A stretch of DNA of 26,450 nt. Source: a virus (taxonomy: Duplodnaviria > Caudoviricetes). The notes beneath the pieces are model-generated. The model saw nothing but the letters and a program-made list of their open reading frames with translations, made no database searches and had not been told where the DNA came from. Position 1 is the first letter of the stretch, and each line of letters begins with the position of its first letter. Location of the stretch: positions 1 to 26,450 of IMG/VR virus record IMGVR_UViG_3300011338_000321; one strand, given 5' to 3'. The position numbers were made by a program, and so were the translations under genes. Below, one piece after another: positions 1-8,352 of this stretch.

Positions 1-358
1 CGTCAATGCGTTTTTTAAAAGTTGATATTCTATAGTTACCTAAACCGCAATTATAGGCAAAACTAATTACGGCTGCTGCTCTGTGCGGAGTTGCTGTTTT
101 AAGTTTTGGACTTAGCTTAAGCAACCCCGTATAAAAATATTCTAAATGTTTTAGTAATTCTGCTTCCGCAGTTTCTTTTGTCCATACGGTATCTGGTGTT
201 ATATCAGGGCCTGTACAACCCCAACCAATAGTCCAAGGTTTACCACCTGTGCCTGGATCAGGATACGCCTGACAACGACCATCTGGCAGTCGACGAGCAT
301 ATCCTTCAAAAGGTTTTACAAATAGTTCACTGGCTAAGCTTATGGCTGGATGTGTCAT
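1..358 (-). CDS. Endolysin, GH24 phage lysozyme (3' end runs off the window; absent from the ORF track)
   Basis: Manual translation from ATG at 358: MTHPAISLASELFVKPFEGYARRLPDGRCQAYPDPGTGGKPWTIGWGCTG...AAVISFAYNCGLGNYRISTFKKRID. Has the FEG catalytic Glu, AYPD, WTIGWG and SFAYNxG motifs of GH24. The start overlaps the holin stop (ATGA). Confidence 0.93.
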   Translation of the reverse strand, partial: MTHPAISLASELFVKPFEGYARRLPDGRCQAYPDPGTGGKPWTIGWGCTGPDITPDTVWTKETAEAELLKHLEYFYTGLLKLSPKLKTATPHRAAAVISFAYNCGLGNYRISTFKKRID

Positions 359-837
359 CGGCTTGGCTTTTCTATTGAACGCCCCACAAACCAGAATGTT
401 AAGATCATGTTTAACATAGCAAAGTCTTCTAGGGTCCAATTTGATTTAAGCACTGCAACCCAGTCTGCGTTGTTTGTTAGTGCATATAAAATTATAACTA
501 GTTTTACAAGCACGTACATACCAAACAACACATACGTTACTACAGGCCTTACTAGTGCACTTAATGCAGCTACCCAAGGATAGCTTTTGGATGCGGTTTG
601 TGCTTGTTCTTGAAAGGCTGTTTGTATAGCTTGTAACTGCAAGTTACTGTGATCTACATACTTTTCTTCAATTTGTAAAGCTCCGCGCTGTTTTTCTAGT
701 TCAGTTTGTAGCTGAAACATTTTGAGTTCGTGCCCACGTTCATTTACTCGGTCAAACTGTTTTATTAGCTCAGGTGCTAAGCGGAATAATCCGCCTAGCA
801 CGCTGCCTAGTAATCCTGTTCCTAAAAATTCTACCAT
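355..837 (-). CDS. Holin (3TM holin of gene-transfer-release type)
   Basis: N-terminal hydrophobic helix, charged coiled segment, then WVAALSALVRPVVTY transmembrane segment and C-terminal ILTFWFVGRSIEK motif; directly upstream of the lysozyme. Confidence 0.8.
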   Translation of the reverse strand: MVEFLGTGLLGSVLGGLFRLAPELIKQFDRVNERGHELKMFQLQTELEKQRGALQIEEKYVDHSNLQLQAIQTAFQEQAQTASKSYPWVAALSALVRPVVTYVLFGMYVLVKLVIILYALTNNADWVAVLKSNWTLEDFAMLNMILTFWFVGRSIEKPSR

Positions 838-848
838 AGTGTGCTTTC

Positions 849-3800
849 TTAAAACATCAAGAAGAATGTGGAAGCTGCAAGTGCCACTGCACTACTTGCA
901 GCAAATATCCAACCTAGCGATCCTTGGTTAGTGGAGTTTGCACCAGCATACCAAGTATCTGCCAAATTATAAGCACGCACGCCAATAATTGTTAAGTGGT
1001 TAGGTTTGGTAGGTGTTGCTTCACCAGAACCTGTGTAGATTAGCGTAGCTGGTGAAGTTGCTGAAGCGCCTGTTATAGTTAATATTGCACCAGGAGCACC
1101 ACTGGCTGAAAAAGTACCAACGCGTTGTGTTGTGGTGCCTAATGCAATAGTAGTTGCACCTGTACCTCTGTATGTGTTACTAATATTTGCAAAAGTGTTG
1201 TTGCCGGTGATAGTTAGGGTACCTGCACCGCCTTGATTTAACGTGATACCTGCGTACGAAACACCGCCACCTATAAAAGTTTTAGCATTTGCATGTGTTA
1301 AACTAATCGTACCGGTGCCAGTAACAGTAAGATTAGTTGCAGTTGATGCATCCCAAGCATCTTGACCATTTCCTCTAGCTAGTGTCCAAGTACCCGAACC
1401 TATGTTAATAGACCGTGCTGTAGTGTATGCTGTATATACCCTACCATTTGATGTACTCGCTAAAGTTACATTGTAACCGTTTGCATCAAAAGTCCCCCTT
1501 TCAACATTAACAGCAGTCTGATTATTGTTAGTAGCTTGAAAAGCATCTAATAATCTAACAGTGCCGCCTATACTATCTACATTAATAGACGGAAATGGTC
1601 TGCCTGAGCTAGTTATATTTTGAAGAGTTCTACCGGCGGCAGTTACTAACGCACTGGTAAAACTTATAGTAACTCCAGATCCTTGTATAAAATCTCCAAA
1701 AAATGTGAATCCATTAGCCGCCATATTAATTGTCAAAGCAAATTCTACACCAATACGAGCACTGGTATCAATTGTTCTGACATATTGTCCATATGTAGTC
1801 GTAGAAATTGTTGAAGAAGCAGATGGACGAGTAGCTGTAAAAATTACATCATCCTGAGGTAGTGGATAATAAATTAAATCTGCTGTTCCGTTTGGTACAT
1901 CTGACCAAATATTGCTAGTAAAATTTGCGCTTGTAGTAGCCACACAATATACATTTTTAGAAACAGGAAAAGTAATACCACTATTACCTTTGCGATCACC
2001 TAATCTGGTACCAGATGCCGGAGCAGCGGCACCAGCAATAGTTATATCACGGAAATCGGCGTCAGTTCCTGAAAACGCAGCGCAAGTTAATGTACGAGTT
2101 GCACCAATTGCATCAGAACGCACAAAATGCCGCATTGTAGCATTTGTTCCTGCGGAAAATGTTAAAGTACCGTTGACAGTTTGGTTGGCGGCAAAGGTTA
2201 TTTGGTTCAATGCTATGCTATTGATGCCAGAAAACGACAAGTTGTTAAAAGTGTTGGCTCCGTTAAGAGTTATTACTCCAACGGATGTGTTGGTAAAAGA
2301 TACATTGTAGAAAGTTTGATTATTTCCGTTAAATGTAGAGCCATTTGAGCTACAGTTTATCTGAGAAGTACCGGCGTTAAAAGTTAAATTAGCTCTTGCT
2401 TGTTCTGTAGTATTAAGATATAAGCTGCTGCTGCTACTAAGTGTTAAAACGCTACTACCAAGTATAATTTTAATTGAGTTTGAGGGTGTGTTTATGTTCA
2501 CTGCCACAGCTCCAGCAATTAGATTATAATTATTGAAGTCAAGGCCTCCATTGGTCAAAGTTATTTGCAACGTAGATATAGACAATGCGCTACCTAAACT
2601 CCAATCACACCCAATTCCATCGACAAAAATATTGGAGGCTAGCACTACACCATTGGTTGTAAACGTCTTGCCAGCAGTCGAGCCACTTAGCGTAATTGCA
2701 CCGCTATAAGTTCTGGTTAATCCGGTTGCTGGCAGAGTTACGTTGCCGTGAATATATAAAGCTGCAGTGCCTGCCCAAGTTACTGTCCCTGACGCAGGTG
2801 CTGCAAAAGTTAATGAGTTACAACGCGCTCCAATTGTTGCTACAATAGTAACAGTGTAACTTCCAGCACTACTAGCTGCATCAAATATAACGTCATCTGC
2901 ACTTGTAGGCACACTAGCACCACCCAAACCGCCACTGGTAGCTGACCACCTGGTTGTAGTAGCGTTATCCCAATTACCAGTACCACCTACCCAATATCGT
3001 GTTGTGGGTGCAGGTGCTGCTGTGTTAATAACACGAGTGCCAGTACCTACGGAATTTGCTCCAGCATAAAACTCACCAGGTGATCCAGTACTGAAGCCAA
3101 TATACATATTTACGTAATCAATCTCACTAACTCGTGCACCCGCAATCACATGTGAGGTTCCACCGCCGTTAACAGTAACCACATTACCTAGTGTACCACT
3201 TACTGTCCACTTACCAAAAACTTGAGTAGTTACGCCAAAATTAATAGTATGAGCAACCGTTTTAGTTGAAGCTAATTCAGTAAATGTATTATTGCCGGCG
3301 ATAGTAGTTGTGCTAGTGCTTGTTGTACCGCCAATTGTAAGTTTGTTATAACTTAAACCAGCACCATTAAAGTCTCGTGCAGTAGTGCTGTTATTAGATA
3401 AAACAATATTAGCGGTACCCTTATAAAATTTTAAAGTGGAAGTATCACCACTTGGATCCCAAGGATTTGTGGCAGATAGAGTCCATGTTCCGGAACCCAT
3501 TCTTAATGTTTTGAATATAGTAGAACTTGTAGCTATACTTACACGACTAACGGTTACATTGTATAAAACTGCGTCAAATTCTCCTGATTGTATATTAAGA
3601 GAATTTGATGATAACAATGCATCAGCTAATTGAACTTTACCTGATATTGAATTCATTTGCACCGCAAAATTAAACTGTACTGCACTACTTGTGATCGTTT
3701 GTGTACCAACCGGGTTAGAACATATGATTGATCCTGTGGTTGTCGATGAAGTTACTCCTGTACCCCATTTCCAATCGCCAAACACTAACGATGCTGGAGT

Positions 3801-6026
3801 TCCTACACTAAAAGTCATTGCCGACGTTCTAGCCGACGCATCAAACGTACCTATAGCCCAAGCTTGGTCAATGGTAACAGTTCCTGCAGTTCCAGCATTA
3901 TCAAATACTGCAATATCTTGTGCTAGTGGAAAGTTGTTGATCGCAGGTGTTCCACCACTCGCATCAGCCCACCCAGTTGCACTCCAATTTTGAGTACCTG
4001 CAAGGTTCCAATATACTGTTTTTGCGGTAGGAAAAGTGATTCCGCTGTTACCGCCACAGTTACCAGCGCGAGTAGGAGTAGAGCCAGCGGCAGTTCCCGT
4101 AATTACAATGTTACGGAAGTCGCAGTCGGTTGCTGCTAGCGTGCCAACAGTTAGAGTACGTGGAGTGCCTAGGGTATCACTACGTACAAATAGTCTGCGT
4201 ACAGGAGAAGCACCTGCAACGGTAAGGGTTCCGTTAATAGTTTGGTTTGCAGCAAATACGCATTGAACAAAACCTGCAGAGATAGGAGCAGTAAAACTGA
4301 TATTATTGAACGTGTTTGTACCAGAAAAAGTAAAAATAGCAGCAGTACTATTACTTGTATATGTTAAATTGTAAAATGTCTGGCCACCTCCTGAAAAAGT
4401 ATCACCATTTACAGAACAATTAATTTGTGAAGTTCCTGCGTTAAAGGTTAAGTTAGTACTTGTAGTAAACGTGACAGGAGTACTGTTGGTTGTTATTGTG
4501 CTTGACCCAAGATAAATTTCTCTTACATTACTATTATTAGAAAAAATCGTCGTACAAGTAATGTTGTAATTTTTAGTATCAAATTTACCATTAGTTACGG
4601 CTATTGAACCAATAGTACCAAGATTAAGTGCATCAGCAGGTTCCACTGTGCCGCCGTATGTATCAATTGCAATTTGTTGTCCAAAAAGTTTACCGGCACT
4701 AGTAATAGTTTGAATATTTCGTCCAGAAAAAGTTAGTGTTCCGCTATAAGATCTTGCAACTCCGCTTCCAAACTTCCAGTCGCCATAAACCGTATAAGCA
4801 GTTGATCCAGCTAATGTCATCGCGTTTGTACGCGTAAACATATCAATAGTACCAAAATAAGGCAGGGCCGAATCCAGGGTAACTGTTGCAGATGTATTTA
4901 ACCCAGTATTTTCAATAACTGCAGTATCTTGAGCCAGTGGAAAATTATCAGCACTAACCGCGCCACCGGAACTGGCAGCCCAAGCTGTTGCTGACCAATT
5001 GCCACCGGCCGGTAAATTCCAGTATACAGTTTTTGCATTGAAAGTAATGCCACGGTTGCCGCGCAAGTCACCAATACGAGTCCCACTAATTGGAGCTGCT
5101 GTGCCGACTACGTATATGTCGCGAAAGTCTACATCTACCAAACTTGGTGCACTGTTAATATTTAATATTTGTACAAGACCTTCTGTAAGTCCACGGAACC
5201 AAACTCGCCGATTGCCTGCTGTACCTGTGGTAGACAATGTGCCGTTAATCGTTTGTGTAGAATCAAAGGTTACTTGCGTTACGCCAACAGCACTTGGACC
5301 AGCAACGGTTAAGTTGCTAAAAGTATTTTGCCCCTGAATGGTTTTTGTAGTAGTTCCGCTCGCAAAAGAAACATTATAAAAAGTTCGACCTCCTCCGGAA
5401 AATATTACGCTGGCCGACGCGGCCGTCAAGTTGATTTGAGATGTGCCGGCATTAAGTGTTAAATTTGTTGACGTAGTAAAATCAAGCGCATTTGAGGTGA
5501 GGTTTAAGTTAATCGTGCTAGAACCTAAATTTATAGTTCTAGCGTTTGAGTTAGAGGAAAAGAGCTGCATAGCAGTTACATTGTAACCCTGAGTGGTAAA
5601 TGTGCCCTGCGTAATAGTGAGTGTACGGCTGGTGCCAATATTCAGTGCATCGCCTAAAGTTACTGTACTACTTAAGGCATCAACTGTCAGAGCCCCAATC
5701 GTTTTACCAGCACTGGTTATTGTGGAATTACCTGTTATAGTAGTAGTTCCGGTATGAGTAAAAGTCATTCCGGCCGCAAGAGTAATACTGCCTGCAACTG
5801 TGATTGCTGCAGTGCCTGTAAGTGTACCAGTAAATCCTGTGCAGTCAATAGATTTGGCTCCTGTATTGCCACTGGCAATAGTACAGGTTATCGCACCCGA
5901 TGCAGCATCAAAATACACGTCATCGGCTAAAGCAGGAAGAGGAGCCCCACCGGATCCGCCAGAAGAAAACGACCATTTAGTTCCAGCAGTACCATCCCAG
6001 TTGTTTGTGCCACCTACCCAATAACG
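849..6026 (-). repeat. Five degenerate ~1 kb in-frame repeats in the giant protein
   Basis: Units begin RYWVGG (6026), KTVYWNL (5033), KTVYWNL (~4022), RYWVGG (2999), KNVYCVA (~1958); spacings between the conserved Tyr codons are 999, 1011, 1017 and 1047 bp. Confidence 0.9.
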
Positions 6027-6623
6027 TCCACTTGGAATAATAGAAATGGCATATGCATTAAGTGTTTTTGAAGCAGAAGAAGTTGCAGTTCTAGAACTAG
6101 AAATTCCAGCAGCAGTTCGTAACTCATCAACAATTAATAGGCCTGCTGATGAAGCACTGCTTCCGCTATTTACTCGTTGTGTTGTTGACCCAGGGGCTGT
6201 CCACGTAGCATCACTACCAGTATTAATCATTGAGTATGCACTAATAACATACTCATTTGCATATGTTGTTGTTAGTGTATTGGTAGAAACTGTTGTAGTT
6301 GATGATGCCAATACTGCTGCAGTAACAGTATCGGTTTGACTAACGCCTCGATATGCTAATATAACTGCACGTGTTGTACTAGCTGCAGTTAATGTAAAAC
6401 TATTTTCAACAGTTGATGCAAATTTTCTAAAAATTACAAGTTTTGGATCGTTAGTGGTGCCTACAACCGAAGTCCAACCACTTGGAGTACTTGGAAAAGC
6501 TGCTCCACTTCCCAACGCAATGACAAGAAACATAATATCATTTTGTTGAACTCCTGCTGGCACAGCCATAACAGGATTTGATCCTGTTGCAACGGTTCCT
6601 GATGCTACAAACGAAATAGGCAT
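849..6623 (-). CDS. Giant (1,924 aa) T/S/G/A-rich repeat protein, probable beta-helical virion adhesin or receptor-binding protein
   Basis: Long ORF with AGGA RBS; ~197-aa N-terminal domain then five ~335-365-aa repeats; ends in hydrophobic FFLMF; lies after the fibre genes. Function inferred from composition and context. Confidence 0.7.
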   Translation of the reverse strand: MPISFVASGTVATGSNPVMAVPAGVQQNDIMFLVIALGSGAAFPSTPSGWTSVVGTTNDPKLVIFRKFASTVENSFTLTAASTTRAVILAYRGVSQTDTVTAAVLASSTTTVSTNTLTTTYANEYVISAYSMINTGSDATWTAPGSTTQRVNSGSSASSAGLLIVDELRTAAGISSSRTATSSASKTLNAYAISIIPSGRYWVGGTNNWDGTAGTKWSFSSGGSGGAPLPALADDVYFDAASGAITCTIASGNTGAKSIDCTGFTGTLTGTAAITVAGSITLAAGMTFTHTGTTTITGNSTITSAGKTIGALTVDALSSTVTLGDALNIGTSRTLTITQGTFTTQGYNVTAMQLFSSNSNARTINLGSSTINLNLTSNALDFTTSTNLTLNAGTSQINLTAASASVIFSGGGRTFYNVSFASGTTTKTIQGQNTFSNLTVAGPSAVGVTQVTFDSTQTINGTLSTTGTAGNRRVWFRGLTEGLVQILNINSAPSLVDVDFRDIYVVGTAAPISGTRIGDLRGNRGITFNAKTVYWNLPAGGNWSATAWAASSGGAVSADNFPLAQDTAVIENTGLNTSATVTLDSALPYFGTIDMFTRTNAMTLAGSTAYTVYGDWKFGSGVARSYSGTLTFSGRNIQTITSAGKLFGQQIAIDTYGGTVEPADALNLGTIGSIAVTNGKFDTKNYNITCTTIFSNNSNVREIYLGSSTITTNSTPVTFTTSTNLTFNAGTSQINCSVNGDTFSGGGQTFYNLTYTSNSTAAIFTFSGTNTFNNISFTAPISAGFVQCVFAANQTINGTLTVAGASPVRRLFVRSDTLGTPRTLTVGTLAATDCDFRNIVITGTAAGSTPTRAGNCGGNSGITFPTAKTVYWNLAGTQNWSATGWADASGGTPAINNFPLAQDIAVFDNAGTAGTVTIDQAWAIGTFDASARTSAMTFSVGTPASLVFGDWKWGTGVTSSTTTGSIICSNPVGTQTITSSAVQFNFAVQMNSISGKVQLADALLSSNSLNIQSGEFDAVLYNVTVSRVSIATSSTIFKTLRMGSGTWTLSATNPWDPSGDTSTLKFYKGTANIVLSNNSTTARDFNGAGLSYNKLTIGGTTSTSTTTIAGNNTFTELASTKTVAHTINFGVTTQVFGKWTVSGTLGNVVTVNGGGTSHVIAGARVSEIDYVNMYIGFSTGSPGEFYAGANSVGTGTRVINTAAPAPTTRYWVGGTGNWDNATTTRWSATSGGLGGASVPTSADDVIFDAASSAGSYTVTIVATIGARCNSLTFAAPASGTVTWAGTAALYIHGNVTLPATGLTRTYSGAITLSGSTAGKTFTTNGVVLASNIFVDGIGCDWSLGSALSISTLQITLTNGGLDFNNYNLIAGAVAVNINTPSNSIKIILGSSVLTLSSSSSLYLNTTEQARANLTFNAGTSQINCSSNGSTFNGNNQTFYNVSFTNTSVGVITLNGANTFNNLSFSGINSIALNQITFAANQTVNGTLTFSAGTNATMRHFVRSDAIGATRTLTCAAFSGTDADFRDITIAGAAAPASGTRLGDRKGNSGITFPVSKNVYCVATTSANFTSNIWSDVPNGTADLIYYPLPQDDVIFTATRPSASSTISTTTYGQYVRTIDTSARIGVEFALTINMAANGFTFFGDFIQGSGVTISFTSALVTAAGRTLQNITSSGRPFPSINVDSIGGTVRLLDAFQATNNNQTAVNVERGTFDANGYNVTLASTSNGRVYTAYTTARSINIGSGTWTLARGNGQDAWDASTATNLTVTGTGTISLTHANAKTFIGGGVSYAGITLNQGGAGTLTITGNNTFANISNTYRGTGATTIALGTTTQRVGTFSASGAPGAILTITGASATSPATLIYTGSGEATPTKPNHLTIIGVRAYNLADTWYAGANSTNQGSLGWIFAASSAVALAASTFFLMF

Positions 6624-6626
6624 AAT

Positions 6627-6902
6627 TTATTCCTTGTAGTACCAAACGCCTTCAACTTCTACAAGTTTAGCTCCGCTTGGTGGTACGCCTTCTAACTTCA
6701 TGTATGTTTCACCAGCAATTTCAATCGTACCAGCAATTTCGGGTTCTGGCTCTGGTGGTGCAGTTACGACGGCAATCCAGTTGCTAACACGTTGTTGTTT
6801 TAACTGTTCAATTTCTGCGTCAGAATACCCGTGATCATCCGGCAGGTGTAATGCATCGCGAAAAACGCCGTGTGGAGTATCAAATTCAAAATCAATTTTC
6901 AT
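6627..6902 (-). CDS. Small acidic hypothetical protein (possible chaperone or adaptor for the giant adhesin)
   Basis: 91-aa ORF with AGGA RBS, tightly packed between fibre gene and adhesin gene (9- and 3-bp gaps); PPEPEPE linker. Confidence 0.7.
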   Translation of the reverse strand: MKIDFEFDTPHGVFRDALHLPDDHGYSDAEIEQLKQQRVSNWIAVVTAPPEPEPEIAGTIEIAGETYMKLEGVPPSGAKLVEVEGVWYYKE

Positions 6903-6911
6903 GTTAGGTCC

Positions 6912-8297
6912 TTATGCTTGTTGGGCTACTGAAACAACGTCCCAAAATAAATCGGTTGAATTATAGATACAACCTATATATACAGTTTTTAGTGCAACAG
7001 TTGTACTAGGTAGTGTAGTTCCGATTACTCTATAACCACCACTAGTAGTAATCCAGTTTAATACCTGAGCGGTTCCATTATCTTCTATTCGAATGGTTAA
7101 ACGTTGTCCGTTTGTGGGTGTACCTGTGGGTATTTGTATGGTAGCCGACACTGCTAGTGCGGTAATATTGTACTGATCAGTAGTTGAGCTATCTGGAGTA
7201 GGAGTTGCTGAAGAGGCGATTGAAGTACTACGAACACCCCCACTACTACCTGTAGACGCTATTGTTATTGCACCAGAACCGTTGGTAATAGAAATTCCCG
7301 ACCCAGCAGTCAGTGTTGCTTTGGTTAGCGTACTGCCCGTGGAGTTGCCAATTAGCAGTTGCCCGTCTGTGTACGATGTTTGTCCTGTACCACCATTAGC
7401 AACGGCTAGTGTAGCAGATAACCCCGCTGCAGTACCTGTGGTGTTTTGATTGAACGTAGGCCAAGTAAATGTACCAGTACTAAAGTTACCACTTGCTGGT
7501 GTTCCTAATACAGGAGTTACTAGGGAAGGCGAAGTATTAAGTACTACCGAACCAGTACCTGTGCTAGTAGTAACACCAGTACCACCTTGATCAACACCCA
7601 ACGTTCCTGTGCTAGTTAAGTTTTTAGATGCATCCGTAAAGACCGGCTTGGACGCGGTTAGTGCTGCAATGCTTACGTTACCGGCAGCACTAATAGCCAT
7701 TCGTTCAGTAGCTGCCACGCCGCCGACGCTGTTTGTTGTAAAAACAATTCTTCCTGGTACTGATCCAGTAGCTACGGTTCCGTCTACAAACGCGGAAATT
7801 GCAGCAGCATTAAAAAAACTTGTTCCGTCGTGTCCAAAAAAGTTGTTGCGGCCAATTGCTCGACCATTAGCAACTGCAGTTGGCACAGATGATGTGCCTG
7901 AAGCTGTATATTGCCCAATAATTGCGCTACCACTGGCACTGTATTTATACACCTGAAATGGCACACTGTTGGATCCGCTGGTTTGCAAAGCTGTGCCATC
8001 AAATGTAAGTGCCGCATCGCTGGACAACACCTTAGATCCGTTTAGATATGTTACTCCATTAACAGTGCCGGCAGAAAACGTTGGATTATCTGTAAAAGTC
8101 TTGTTGGTTAAAGTTTGGGTTCCAGCAAGAGTAACGGTGCTATCATCGATAGTAAAACTCTTGATTACATTTGAAGCGTTTTTGAAGTACAACTTACCGT
8201 CTGTGTAGTTTAACGCAATTTCACCATAATCAAGGTCACTAATAAGAGGCACCTTGGCAGCTATAGAAGATTTCTTTAATAAAACAGTATTAGGCAT
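6912..8297 (-). CDS. Accessory tail fibre protein 2 (461 aa)
   Basis: AGGAG RBS; N-terminus LLKKSS...GEIALNYTDGKLYFKN resembles the Mtd N-terminal-like fibre attachment domain; GTQTLTNKT and VANGGTG fibre motifs; compact C-terminal beta domain (NGQRLTIRIEDNGT...WDVVSVAQQA). Confidence 0.8.
   Translation of the reverse strand: MPNTVLLKKSSIAAKVPLISDLDYGEIALNYTDGKLYFKNASNVIKSFTIDDSTVTLAGTQTLTNKTFTDNPTFSAGTVNGVTYLNGSKVLSSDAALTFDGTALQTSGSNSVPFQVYKYSASGSAIIGQYTASGTSSVPTAVANGRAIGRNNFFGHDGTSFFNAAAISAFVDGTVATGSVPGRIVFTTNSVGGVAATERMAISAAGNVSIAALTASKPVFTDASKNLTSTGTLGVDQGGTGVTTSTGTGSVVLNTSPSLVTPVLGTPASGNFSTGTFTWPTFNQNTTGTAAGLSATLAVANGGTGQTSYTDGQLLIGNSTGSTLTKATLTAGSGISITNGSGAITIASTGSSGGVRSTSIASSATPTPDSSTTDQYNITALAVSATIQIPTGTPTNGQRLTIRIEDNGTAQVLNWITTSGGYRVIGTTLPSTTVALKTVYIGCIYNSTDLFWDVVSVAQQA
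7386..7586 (-). repeat. Copy of the 64-aa (192-bp) fibre module shared with the upstream fibre gene
   Basis: GGTGVTTSTGTGSVVLNTSPSLVTPVLGTPASGNFSTGTFTWPTFNQNTTGTAAGLSATLAVANGGTG; 7407-7505 matches 8491-8589 at 92/99 nt by manual alignment. Confidence 0.95.
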
Positions 8298-8315
8298 TAT
8301 AAGCTCCTAAAAAGG

Positions 8316-8344
8316 AAAAAAGAAGGGAAGTAAAAACTTCCCTT
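8316..8344 (-). terminator. Rho-independent terminator between fibre gene 1 and fibre gene 2
   Basis: Minus strand AAGGGAAGT-TTTT-ACTTCCCTT followed by CTTTTTT, just upstream of the next RBS. Confidence 0.75.
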
Positions 8345-8352
8345 TGCTGTAC

